A DNA stretch of 64,000 nucleotides from Carcharhinus longimanus. Taxonomy: Eukaryota. Under the pieces are notes generated by a model. The model was not told where the DNA came from. It saw only the letters and a list, made by a program, of their open reading frames with translations, and did not search any database. The position numbers and the translations under genes are program-made. The stretch spans positions 131,801,900 to 131,865,899 of the forward strand of contig JASCQW010000132.1 of assembly GCA_030264375.1 (NCBI GenBank), given 5' to 3'. Shown piece after piece: positions 52,029-64,000 of the stretch (position 1 is its first letter; the number at the start of each line of letters is the position of its first letter).

Positions 52029-52128
52029 CTCCACATTCTTCATTTTGCTCCTCTTGCAGTGTTTTTTCACCATTTGGTTGTTCATCATTTTCACTCTCCA
52101 GTTCTTCGGCCACTGGCACAGCAAAAGT
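52029..52128 (-). CDS. TOPBP1: TOPBP1 exon (~19), acidic linker
   Basis: gacag|TFAVPVAEELESENDEQPNGEKTLQEEQNEECG g|gtaaat; 100 nt, phases fit both neighbours. Confidence 0.85.
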
Positions 52129-52543
52129 CTGTCAGAAGCGACAGTAATCATTTGTTTGCAATGGAAAGCAGCTATAAATAAAATCACATTTCATTCATTG
52201 CTCAGCTTTTTTTAAAATAAAATGTCAAATGAATGCAAGTCCATTCGTTTTAAGTGATAGCTTTTCAAATCCTGGGCTGAAAAAAGTCACACTGAACTAC
52301 TCTTTTAAAACATGACCAATGAGCGATTAATCTGATATTTGTGATGAAGTTTTGAAAGTCAGGGCAAAAATTGTTTCTAATAAGAGCAATGAGGCCAGAA
52401 AGGTAGACAAAACAATAACATAAAAAAAAGGAGTGTTCACATCATTCTCCCAGGGAAAAAAAAGCTAAATCAAATTGCAGAAGACATGTCGACTCAAAGT
52501 CATTTTACTCACTAGTGCACAGAGCATGGTTGGCCTTTTTCTC

Positions 52544-52712
52544 TCAGTAAGAAGTGTCACAACACCAGGTTAAAGTCCAACAGCACAAGCTTTCGAAGCG
52601 TCACTGCTTCAGGTGAGTGAGGGGTTGTGAACATAACTGTTGGACTTTATCCTGATGTTGAGAGACTTTTTACTGTGCTTACCCGAGTCCAACGCCGGCA
52701 TCTCCACATCAT
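52544..52712. mobile_element. Short Penelope-derived inverted-repeat element
   Basis: Same terminal sequence in both orientations. Confidence 0.7.
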
Positions 52713-53606
52713 CATCTTCTCTAAGCCACAGGTTCTGATGGCAAATCAAATCAGATTAGCCATGATCTTATCAAATGACAGAAGAGCCTCGAGGGACCGA
52801 ACAGCCTCCCGCTCATAAGTGATATATTCATACGTTGGTTTTGAGGACCATACTTCCAAACTTATCAATTGGCGAGCTGATGTGCTTAACTTTGTAGGAA
52901 CAAGTCATGGTCATTCAGGCTCTAGAACCTATTCTGCCATTCAATTAGACCATAGCTTATCCGCATATTAATTCATCAAGGCTCCATTACCTGCAATGCC
53001 TTTAACTAATAAAAATCTAGCAATCTGAGCTTTAAATTTTTTAGTGGACTTTAACCTCAGCACTTTAATTTTTGGAAGGGGAAAGAGTTCCAGGTTTCCA
53101 CTATCTTTTGGATGCAGTGTTTCCTGACATCATCTCTGAACAGCCTAACTCAAATTCTAAAGGGCGGCATGGTGGCACAGTGGTTAGCACTACTACCTCA
53201 CAACTCCAACAGTCGGCTTCAATTCCAGCCTTGGGTGGTTGTCTGTGTGGAGTTTGCACGGGTTTCCTCCAGTTTCCCCCCTCAGTCCAAAAGGTGTGCC
53301 GATTAGGTGGATTGGCTATGAGAATTTATTTTACCTTGTCAATCAACACATTGCTTCAATGTGCCTAAAATATTACAATGATAGACAGATGACCTGTCAG
53401 TAAAACCATGATAAACATCAGAAACGTCACTCTTGGTCTCAAACATCTTTTGTGCAAAGACATGGGGGATCTACTAGTAAACTTACTTTGAAACTGAAAT
53501 AATCCCTGGATATTTACAGCTGAAATTATTGCTCTCATTGTGGAATGGAATAAATCAGTGCTCGTTTGTAGGAGTGACACGTAGAAATTCTACATCCCCA
53601 CAATAC

Positions 53607-53750
53607 CTGATCATCTCTCTGTTTTGCATCAGAAGGGCACATGCGAGTGGCCACTCGGGTTTCTTGAACTGCACTGATATCCAGACTCATATTCGGATTA
53701 TAGGTGTGAGGATAGAGAGATTCGGGCACCTTCTTTTGCTCGTCAGCACA
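53607..53750 (-). CDS. TOPBP1: TOPBP1 exon (~18)
   Basis: atacag|CADEQKKVPESLYPHTYNPNMSLDISAVQE...DDQ|gtattg. Confidence 0.95.
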
Positions 53751-54359
53751 CTGTATCAAAGAGTTCAAGATTTAGTGATCTAATTGACACATTATTCATA
53801 AAGTATAGATACTGAAATGGATGGAGGTGGGAGGGGGCAGTTGGATGAAGAAATTTGTGGAATCTAAAGACCAGTAGGGACCAGTTGGGACAAATGGCCT
53901 GTTTCTGGGTTATAGCTTTAGTTAAAATGACAATCAAACAATGCCTGATAGCTTCTGAGTAATAAATCAATGGCATAATTTCCTATAAGGAACAATACTA
54001 TTATGAGCAAATCGTTAATTAGCCAAAATTTAACCACTATCTCTAGATTTATAATTCCACCTTGATAATGTGCACCGTAACCTGTCCACCATTTTCTAGA
54101 TCTCAAAGTACAATTTACAACAGAGCTAAACCAAGCTAATATTATGGGTTTCACTCTTGTATAACAACATTTATAATCTAATTTTCATTTAGAAAAACAA
54201 ACAATTATATAAACAAATTACATTAGCAATGGTTTACAAACTGAGATTAAATAGGAGCATCAATTACCTTTGTAAAAGAAACCAATCTTCCAAAAAAACA
54301 TAATTCAAATGTAAAATATATCCACTATTTGGGAAGCTGGTAAATCAAGGACATAAATG

Positions 54360-55045
54360 CAAGACCATTGGTGAGGCAGATTAAAACCATCCTGCGGGAT
54401 AATGGATACCCTGATCCCATCACTGCTCACTATATATTGTACAAAATCATGAACAGGCCTAAAGCCACCACTTCCAGTCCTGAAAAATGCCCAGTCTGTA
54501 CCAGATTACCCTGGAAGGGTAAGGTCTCTCAAAAATTTAAGCATTACCAACAAGAATGTTCTTCTCTATGAAAAGGATGCAGCCGTCAAGCCAAATAAAT
54601 GTTCTGCCTATCACACAAAAGAGCCAGCGTATGTATTTCTTGTGGTGGTGTGATGCCAGTTATGTAAGCCGTATGTCCCAATGACTGGTAGATCGTATCA
54701 AACAGCCTTCCCTTCTGCAGTTCACAGGCAGCAAAGTACTGATTGTACCCAACCAGCCTGTGCTTGCAAAACTCAAAAGTGTCCAACATCAGATATGGTT
54801 CAGCGACTGGACATCACCTGCTAAATAATTCTGATTATGCTTAGACTTAAAATCAATTTGAGATTGTCAGTCAAACTCAAGTGTGACTTGTTTACTCATG
54901 CTCGAAACCACAAATATTCACACACAGGGCCCTTTGTGGACATAAGGGACATGTGCACATTTTGCATCCTTTTCACCTAAACATAGGCCTATGGGAACAA
55001 CAATTCCCTAGTTGATTCCCCAGGGCAGTGCCCTGACCAATCAGT
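54360..55045 (+). mobile_element. Degenerate Penelope-like fragment of another family
   Basis: IKTILRDNGYPD (post-RT NGYP motif) and DASYVSRMSQ*LVDRIKQ (degenerate GIY-YIG). Confidence 0.7.
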
Positions 55046-55544
55046 CAACCCACCCTATCTATCTTTATTCATATAAGATTGTTTGGGACTTGGAATTATT
55101 CCTCATCAGAAGAAGTGGTAGAAGCCAAATCCATATTAGCCTTAAGAGAAAAAGAAAAAATTAAAAGGGCTTGGGAAACAGACAGGGGAATGGGACTGAG
55201 AGCCAATATAGGCTGTATGATTCTAGAGATATCTTTCCAACAGCAAAGAAATAGTACTTAGATGAGAATGAGGCTTTCACCAATTGCACCGTATACATGC
55301 AGTGTCTGGTTTACCTAAAATTGCAGCATCACTGAAACAAAGAAAACATCTATAGAAGATTAATAATGTGTAATTAACAGTAAATGAATGAGAAATGGGA
55401 GGACTAGACCATTTGGCCCTCTGCACTTGTTATGTCCAGTCAATACAATTTGACTGATCTTCTATGACAATTCTCCCTTTCCATACTATCCCCATATTCC
55501 TAATTCCTTTAGCGTCCAATAACTACAGTGAATACAAGTTTGGA

Positions 55545-55680
55545 AGCCTTGACAAAGGGTCATCTGGACTCGAAACATCAGCTCTTTTCTCTCCTTACAG
55601 ATGCTGCCAGACCTGCTGACATTTTCCAGCATTTTCTCTTTTGGTTTCAGATTCCAGCCTCCGCAGTAATTTGCTTTTAT
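55545..55680 (+). mobile_element. 3' end of a second hammerhead-bearing (Penelope-type) repeat; related copies near 27300(-), 32700(-), 35900(+), 46290, 47760(+), 61240(-)
   Basis: (c/t)tgac(g/a)aagggtcatctggactcgaaac..gctct..acagatgctgccagacctgctga..ttttccagcatttt. Confidence 0.65.
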
Positions 55681-56145
55681 CCGTTTTCTTGGGAAGTGTC
55701 TTGGTCAGTGTAAGACGAAAAGTTTCAACATGCCATATTTCCAGAAATCCTCAAGTTCTGTAATATCAATTTGTTTTCTGTTGCTGAGATTAGTGACAGC
55801 GGAGATATTCAAAATATCTACTGCATACAAATTTTTGTTTTTGGTGTTACTTTGCAAAGCAGTTAAAGGAATTGAGAGGCTGGACCCTTAGTTGGAATAG
55901 AAGATTTATGTGGAAACTAGGATCTTAAAATATAACCCAGTTATAATAAGTGAATGCACTGTTAAAGCAGCAAGCATTTTTTTTGTGCTGGACATTTGTA
56001 TGTTTATATTTTACATTACAATTAAGCTTCATATTTTTCTCAAAGCTTTGACGAGTTTATTTCTTCTGCATATGTCAGTGAAAATAGTGCAACCTGATCC
56101 AAAGTCACAAACACTAAGGCACAGATAGACTCACAGAGTAAATTA

Positions 56146-56350
56146 GGCATTAACAGATGTCAAGCTAAAAATATACTAATGGAAAAGACTGGACATCCCA
56201 CTGATGCAACACACAGAACACACTGGGCATCCCACAGACGCCTAGCTAAATATATGTATTCAGAATAGACTGGGCATCCCACAGATGCAAGACATAGAAT
56301 ACACTGGGCATCCCACAGATACCCAGCTAAATATATGCCAATGGAATAGA
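56146..56350. repeat. Higher-order minisatellite (34+47 bp, ~2.5 units)
   Basis: Core ACTGGGCATCCCACAGA at 56188 (two mismatches), 56222, 56269, 56303. Confidence 0.85.
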
Positions 56351-57446
56351 GTAGTCAGAGATAAAGCTAAAAATGTTCCTATTTTTTTTCTCGGAAACAC
56401 AGCACAAGATTAAGGAGAATTGTTTATAATGAACCTTACTACACTTAATTCTGCAGTGCAGTTTACCAATTAAATCAAATTGTGTTCAATGTATGAACAT
56501 TTTTTCTCCCTCTCATTGGGTGACACGATGATTAGCACCACTACCCCACAGTGCCAGGGACCCAGGTTCGATTTCAGCCAAAGGTCACTGTCTTAGTGGA
56601 GTTTGCACCTTTTCCCTGTGTCCACATAGGATTCCTCCAATAGTCCAAAGATGTGCACGTTAGGTGGATTCATAGAATCCCTACAGTATAGAAACAGACC
56701 ATTTGGCCCATCACGTCAGCACCAACTGGGTAAGTGTCTTACCCAGGCCCTATCCCAGTAAACCCACATATTTATCCCACTAATCGCCTTAACCTACAGA
56801 CACTAAGGAGCAATTTAGCATGGCCAATCCACCTAACCTCCGCATCTTTGGACAGTGGGAGGAAACCAGAGCACCCAGAGGAAACTCAGAGAGACATGGA
56901 GAGAACATGCAAGCTCCATACAGACAGTGACCCAAGGTCAGAATTGAACCAAGGTCCTTGATACTGTGAAGCAGCAGCGCTAACTGTGCCAACATGCTAT
57001 CCTTTGGTAAATTGACCCTTAGTGTCAGGGGAATTAGCAGGGGAGATATGTGGTAATATGGAAATAGGGCCTGGGTGGGATTGTTGTAGGCACTGGCTCA
57101 ATGGGCCAAATGGCCTCTCTCTGCACTGTGGGATTGTATGATTTCTATGATTCTATTATTTCTCCCCAACCTCCTCACGAAAGCCAGCAACTCAACCTGG
57201 TATAGATCATGAACTCTGGCTGTCCTGTTCTTTGTTTAACCAAGCGACCTTGTTTCAAGTGGGAGCCTGGATGGTGGAGGTTGGCAAGATGCTCAGTCTT
57301 GATTATCAGAGCCAAAATCAAATATATCCTTCCATGGCACTCAGGCACATGAACCTATTCAGCAGAGAGTCAATATAATACTGTCGGGACTGGGAACCAT
57401 GACTGTTTTTAATGCCCCTGATTCTGGGAAGGGGCATTAAATTGAT

Positions 57447-57842
57447 TTTTTCTTATCGCCATTCTCCTGCCTTTTCCCCATAACCCCTGATCCCCTTATT
57501 AATCCAGAACCTATTTATCTCTGTCCTAAAGACACTCAGTGACCTGGCCTCCACAGCCTTCTGCGGCAAAGAGTTCCACAGATTCACCACTCTCTGGCTG
57601 AAGAAATTCCTCCTCATCTCTGTTTGAAAGGAGCATCCCTTTTAGCCTGAGGTTGTGACCTCTGGTTCGACTTTTTTCTACTAGTGGAAACATCCTCTCC
57701 ACGTCCACTATATCCGAGCCTCGCTGTATTCAGTAAGTTACAATAAGATCCCCCCTTCATCCTTTCAATCTCCAACGAGTACAGACCCAGAGTCCTCAAC
57801 CGTTTCTTATACGACAAGCTCTCCAGTCCAGGGATCATTCTT
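57447..57842 (-). mobile_element. CR1-like LINE 3' fragment
   Basis: MIPGLESLSYKKRLRTLGLYSLE; DVERMFPLVEKSRTRGHNLRLKG. Confidence 0.85.
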
Positions 57843-58111
57843 ACCCAACTAGGAAGGGGGATGCAGGGGTCGTGGAGAAGCCAGTGATGTGGGAGGAGGG
57901 CTGCACGGTGGTTAGCACTGCTGCCTCACAGCGCCAGGGAACCGGGTTCAATTCCCGGCTCGGGTCACGGCCTGTGTGGGGGGGTTGCACATTCTCCCCG
58001 TGTCTGCGTGGGTTTCCTCCGGTTTCCCCCCACAGTCCGAAAGACGTGCTGGTTAGGTGGATTGGACATGGTAAATGTGTGGGGTTATGGGGATGGGTTG
58101 AAAGGGAGAGC

Positions 58112-58304
58112 TGTTGGGACTGGGTTAACTGCAACCTTCCAATTTAGACCTAATTTGCATGTTAATTGTTTAGTAGTACTCTCCGGGATATATAAAGGGG
58201 TTACAGGCGGCTCTGGCTATTGGGGGGGGGCTGTGCATGTGGACTTGTAAAAGAGAATTAAGTGAGTTTGTGAAGAAACTGGACTGCAACTGAAAGGCTC
58301 AACA
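58112..58304 (+). mobile_element. Short solo LTR inserted in a V-SINE
   Basis: TGTTG...CAACA termini, TATATAAA inside, 4-bp TSD GAGC/AAGC, SINE resumes after it. Confidence 0.7.
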
Positions 58305-59172
58305 AAGCTTTGGATGGGAGGCCCTTTTGGAGAGTCAGTGCAGACTCGATGGGCCGAATGGCCTCTTTGCACTGTAGGGATTCTATGCAGGTTCCAGATT
58401 GAAATGATGCCAGACTGGGAGTAAACGCAGCTCAGTGAGGTCAGGAATGTCATCTGCTTCCATTTCCCAGCTCCAGCTGCTCCCGGTTCCCCCAGGGCCC
58501 CCACTTCCCACGTTGACCTAGAACTTGCCTCCTTCCGGATCTTTCGTAATCTTCCCCTGACGGGGCTGGAGCTCCGGATGGTCCAGCACTGCTTCAGATA
58601 AAGGGTTAGGACTCTAACCTGCAATGTGGCTGTACAGAGGGCAGAGAGTACATCGCCTACCCCACCCCTCAAAGCTTTGGGATAAATAGCCATCATTAAC
58701 ATGTTGGTGTGAGGTAGGTGGTAATGCGTAATGTCTGGAGGAGGTGGAGGGGAGTGAGTCCCTGGTAAAATGAGGGCACGGTGAATGCACAATGACCGTC
58801 CGTTTTACAGAGATGACCTTACCTGCAATTCCATATCCATAGAATCCCTACAGTGCAGAGTGAGGCCATTCGGTCCATTGAGTCTGCACTGGCCACAATC
58901 CCACCCAGGCCCTATTCCCATAACCCCACATATTTACCCTGCTAACCCCGCCTGTCACTAAGGGGCAATTTAGCATGGCCAATCCACCTAACCTGCACAT
59001 CTTTGGACACTAAGGGACCATTTAGCATGGCCAATCCACCTAACCTGCACATCTTTGGACGCTAAGGGACAANNNNNNNNNNNNNNNNNNNNNNNNNNNN
59101 NNNNNNNNNNNNNNNNNNNNNNNNNNNNNNNNNNNNNNNNNNNNNNNNNNNNNNNNNNNNNNNNNNNNNNNN

Positions 59173-59231
59173 TTCTTACCAAGCTTCCTACTCACACAAA
59201 TTACAACATCAGCCAGGACTCTGGTTTCCTC
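59173..59231 (-). CDS. TOPBP1: TOPBP1 exon (~16), start of BRCT6, truncated by gap
   Basis: gacag|EETRVLADVVICVSRKLGK.. runs into the N gap; resembles human KPLHKVVVCVSKKLSKK. Confidence 0.88.
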
Positions 59232-60341
59232 CTGTCAAAGGTTGGAAAAAGAAACAATACAAAAATGCAACAAATGTATTACAGGACAGAGTTAGAAAAC
59301 ACAAAAAGTCCTCCAATTCGTGGAAAATTCACTTCTTTAAAATAAACTCATTCAAATCCATATGTCAACGCACTGCACTGATATGGATTTGTAATATTTC
59401 AGCATCAATAAACAAAGGTATGAAACAAATTACTCTCATTTCAAATCTTCTCGCTTGCTACTACTCCAAAAGGTTTAATGTATTTGACAAATCAGTTAAT
59501 GTGCTTGTAACCCCAAAAATAAATGAATATACTCAGGCTTTGCAAATACAATATTGAAGACTGAAGTCATTATGCAAAACAATGACCAACAGGTGTAATT
59601 GTTTGAAGAGGAGGGCTGTAGGTTAGCACTGCTGCCTTACAACACCAGGGACCCAGGTTCAATTCCAGTCTTGGGTGACTGTGTGGAGTTGCAAGTTCTC
59701 CCCCTATGTGTGTGGGTTTCCTCCAGTTTCCTCCCACAATCCAAAGATGTTCAGACTAGGTACACTGGCAACGCTAAATTGCCTCTTAGTGTCCAAAGAT
59801 GTGTAGATTAGATGAATTAGCCATGGTAAATGTGTGTGGTTACAGGATAGGGTGGGGAAAAGGGTCTGAGTAAGGTGCTTGTCAGAGACAGTTGGTGCAG
59901 ATTCAATGGACCGAACGGCCTCATCTGCACTGTAGGGATTCTATGATTAAACAATATGGAACGCAAGCAGTGAGTGGGATGTTATTAGATGGCTCAAAAG
60001 GAGTATAGCACCAGCAAATATTGGATTGGTCAAATTTTTGTTCTGTTAACGCTCTATAATTTGAAGATTCTTTGTCAGAGTTAGCACCTATTTAATCAAC
60101 AGAGGAAACAGTAGCATTGTCTGAGCCAGCATGGTATAGCCAGCATAGCGACAAGCCTATACACTAAATAACTATTTCTTGGGTTTACAGCAGTAGGTGA
60201 AGGACACAAACAGAGAGAACAGGGAAAATAACACTATCAAAATACAATGATTAAAGATTATGCTGATACAATTAGGAATACAAAAGTGACTTTGTTCAAA
60301 TATCAGTTTTGTTCAAAAATTAAATATCACTGCTATTTTAC

Positions 60342-60518
60342 CGGTGCTGGTTTAGGTACATGAAGTTGTGGGCTGGCTGTTGATGCCATCGCCATATTCC
60401 GTGTGCTATTAGCCAGAGCTACTTTCAGATTCCTTCCAATGACTTCTGATAACGGAGTACTCATCTTTCTGTTACGTTGATCTGTATTCTTTGGAGTTTC
60501 CAGAACTGCCAGCGCATC
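60342..60518 (-). CDS. TOPBP1: TOPBP1 exon (~15)
   Basis: ctacag|[41 protein letters not shown]...ASPQL..|gtaaaa. Confidence 0.95.
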
Positions 60519-61409
60519 CTGTAGGGAAAAGAATATGATTGAAAAATATCAGCTTAGGAGAGATATCTGGGAATGGTTACAATAGAATGCAACATCAAAG
60601 TTTTTAGGTAACATTAACCGCAATGGCAAAACTATTTTATAAACATTCAGGGATCAGTAAGCCTTTGAGTTACCCAATTTTAATATTAAAGTCAAGTTTT
60701 GTTACCATCTCATTTTTCTGCCAGTGGTCAGCGCCCACTATAACATTACATAATTACTTATTCAGGTTTAGAGACAAAAGATTAATGATTTAGAAAGAAT
60801 CCTACATCCTATGTATTATTAAAAATATTTAATTAGAGAATATAGCTTGGTGACTGCCATTTTCACTGACTGAAACCAATCGTTGTTATTAATCTTTTCA
60901 GTAATAACCTGATTGCAGCATGTTATTCTATCAATGTGGAGTTGAGAGTTCTCCAGGTGCCCTGGCAAACATTCCTCTCTTAAGCAACACTACTAAAACA
61001 GATTATCTGGCCATTTCTGTGCGTTGTTTGTGGAAATTTATCTATCAACATGATCTTAAACAGTGGAATAGGTAGGACTAGGAGGAAAAGGGCAAAGAAT
61101 ATAAGTGGTGGATCAGGGACAGAATTAAAAAGGAGAGGAGCTCAGTGGAAGCTGTTTATCAGGGGCTCAAAGTGCATTCAAAAATAGTTCAATTATGTAC
61201 ATGTTGTAAAACGTTAACAGTAAGTCAACATATAAGAAGCAAAACATTACAGATGCTGGAAACCTGAAATGGAAAATGTTAGAAATAATGAACAGAATAG
61301 GTAATAACATCAGAGGGGTAGAATTTAGTAATTAAGCTCTCAGATATGGAATCTTTCTCAGAAGTGAAGCATTTGGAAAGATCTAGGGCCAGATCACCCA
61401 TGCAATTTC

Positions 61410-62290
61410 AGTAGTGATGTGTCAGTTTACCAGTTTTTCATGCCTCCCTACGTACTATACACGTGCTTCATTGACTTTGAGAAGGCATTTGATTCGGTCT
61501 CACACAAGAAACTCTGGTTGACCAAGTTTGACACGCGATACCCAGCGTATTTAATCAACTTCCTTACCAAGTTTTATTGTAAGCAGCCAACTAGGTTCAG
61601 CGTTGCCGACATCCTCTCCAAACGGTTCAGAGTCAAAGTGTGTGTTAAGATAGGGGTGTGTCCTTTCACCATATTTATTCAACATCCTAGAGGAACAGTT
61701 CTGAGAAAGACACTTGATGGATGCCAACGTGGGATACCAATTAGCGGTGGCGAGTTTCGAACCTTTAATATGCTAATGACATTATTCTGCTCCCTAACTC
61801 AATGGAGAAGTTACAGGAGTTGATGGATTAGCTTGATCAAGTTAACCGGAAATAATCTCCTGGTCAGTGTCAATAAGACAAAGATGATGGGGATGGGCAG
61901 AAAGATTGGCAAAATCCTGATGAACTTATTACAGCTTGAAGAGGTTGATACCTTCTGCTATCTTGGGTCATCCTTGACAGGAGTCTACCAAAGAAACTCA
62001 GGCTTGACTTAACAAGGGTCATGGCGTGATCTCAAAGAAGAATATGGAAAAGCTGCAACGTCTTAATTCCAACAAAAATTACTCTTCTAATTACTCTTCT
62101 CTTATATACAGACGGTGACAATGTATGGCTGTGAAAATTCAACCATCAAGAAAAGTGATGAGGTGCAAATAAGAGCATTTGTAATGGGAGGATTCAGATG
62201 GAAATTGCAGGCACCATAGATGGTCAAAGGGACAAACAAAAGTCATGCAGGACAAAACACCTGAAAGAATTGCATATGGAAGACTCAACA
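61410..62290 (+). mobile_element. RTE-clade LINE RT fragment, degenerate
   Basis: LYTCFIDFEKAFDSVSHKKLW; downstream YADD-like (tatgctaatgac), FCYLGS and MYGCE motifs. Confidence 0.8.
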
Positions 62291-62776
62291 TGACATGGCT
62301 GGATAATATCAGAATGTGAACTCGTCTCTCAATGGGACAGACAGGGATGGCAGCAGAGAATAGAAGTCATCAGGAAAAGATTGTTCATAGTGCAACTAAT
62401 CTTCGGAACCAGAATGGATGAAAAACAGACAGGCCTACTGACGTGCCTAACTCCTCCCTCTAAACAATTCAACTACTCTGTAGTTCTGCCATTTAGTTAA
62501 GTCCAGTTCTCTACTTAAGCATTTTGCTTTTCTTTCACCTGTGCACGTGTTCTCCTCCTTCCTTGTTCTGTCCTTTAAATATTACAGCTGAGTTAGGATT
62601 CATTTGATGAAGGATGTAAATTTGAAATGTTTATACCCATGTTTTCCTGAAATGCATTACCTGTTATCCATACCTAAGTGTGTGCATTACTAAGCCAACA
62701 ACTGCATTAGTCGTATTCAAGCTTATTTATATGCAAACATTATTAATCTATCCCGTATCAAAGAATATGCTGGTAC

Positions 62777-63072
62777 CTGAACATCAAATGATGGCTTGAA
62801 GAGCTTGTCCTTGCACAAGAATTTTGAAGGTGTGTCAAGTAGCAATTTGGTTTCTTTCTGTTGAATGGGTGGTCTCAATCCTGATTCTGTTGTTTCAGTT
62901 TTACTTTGCTGAGTTAAGACCAACTGGAAGGCTTTACTTTGAAACCTCTTTATATCCAATGGAGTCACAGCAGCAGTCTGCATGGTTTTCAATCTGGATG
63001 AGGGATGCTCAAGTTTCTGTTCTGGCACTTTGCATATTTCTGTGACCTTGGCAGTCTGGTTCACTTCAGCAA
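62777..63072 (-). CDS. TOPBP1: TOPBP1 exon (approx. human exon 14)
   Basis: aaag|..cag|gtac; AVTPLDIKRFQSKAF...LDTPSKFLCKDKLFKPSFDVQ. Confidence 0.93.
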
Positions 63073-64000
63073 CTTTAATCATGAGAAAAATGTATATGAA
63101 GGAATTTAGTAAGTTTGATTGCAGCTGTATATGATTAGGTGCCAATACACATTAGATGAAGTTGCAAGCAACACAGCAAAATCTCAAAAACACAACATAA
63201 AGCCAATGAAACTGGGAGCAAGATCACTCCCACCCTTAGCTTTGCTCACTGCAAACTTGTTACTCTAAATGCTGCAATTTATTCTCAACATTACTGATTT
63301 TAAATATAAACATGGTGCGTTAAGGCTACAGGCATGTTGAGCTCCTCTGGGCTAATTATTAGCAACAAATTGTTCTTAAACAGATCCCAGGTCAATCACA
63401 TTTTTTTTAAGTGATACTCTAAGTCAGTTAGAAGCTATTTTCTTTAAACACGGGGAAGTTCTGAAGTACATTGGAGTTATCAGCTGTGGCTCAGTTAGTT
63501 TCATTTTTTCCATTCTTTGTTGGCATGTAGGCATCGCTGGCCAGGCCACCCATCCCTCGAGGTGGTGGTGGTGAGTCGGCTTCTTGAAACCAATGCAGTC
63601 CATGTGGTGTAGGTGCGCGCATAGTGCTGTCAGGAAGGGAGTTCCCAGATATTGAGGCACTGACAGTGAAGGACAGTGACAGTGAGTCAAATGTTCAAGT
63701 TCCATCCAGGACCTTGGCACATCAATCATTTTCATTCAGTTTTTTGAAGTTCCTGATTGGCAGTTTTCATTCTCTTTATTACCTACTGATTTCAAGTCCT
63801 CATTCATTTGCACCTGGAATCCAAATTATGACAGTCATAGCCAATACATAACATTACAGACTGAGTAAATATGCTGCATTTCTATTGGATGATGATAAAA
63901 GGGAAAGGCCTTTCTTTCAACCCCCTAAGAACTGTCTGTTCAAAAGGCATAGGATGCAACTCTTATTACCATAGATTATAATGTATAAGTCAACCTTTCT

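Noticed and set aside
53162-53235. tRNA gene
   Set aside because: tRNA-derived SINE head continuing into SINE core; no full cloverleaf.
56188-56320. CRISPR-like repeat-spacer pattern
   Set aside because: Spacers are homologous alternately, the host is a vertebrate intron, and there are no cas genes; it is a minisatellite.
57408-57441. 12-bp perfect hairpin resembling a bacterial terminator
   Set aside because: Eukaryotic intron at a CR1 insertion edge; no functional evidence.
58217-58792. 191-aa ORF
   Set aside because: Non-ATG start, runs through SINE/LTR sequence, no recognisable domain, and not the missing TOPBP1 exon.

Overview
Eukaryotic, intron-rich genomic DNA, most likely from a shark (cartilaginous fish), judged from abundant HE1/V-SINE-like, CR1-like and Penelope-like repeats. 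Two protein-coding genes converge tail-to-tail. CDV3 is on the + strand (3' end of exon 1 at the window start, last coding exon ending 19044). The 3' half of TOPBP1 is on the - strand (63072 down to stop at 28971; BRCT6, ATR-activation domain, BRCT7/8). The rest is mostly retrotransposon relics, and most ORFs in the supplied track are spurious. Most notable: (1) a TSD-flanked, poly(A)-tailed retroposon with two U2 snRNA-derived segments in a TOPBP1 intron; (2) Penelope-like elements carrying minimal hammerhead ribozyme motifs, one apparently intact; (3) an intronless RPL41 retrocopy with CpG-decay signature; (4) unexplained long hairpins; (5) assembly gaps that break CDV3 exon 3 and hide TOPBP1 BRCT6 exons. 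Homology calls and human exon numbers/lengths are from memory, not searches; repeat boundaries are approximate.
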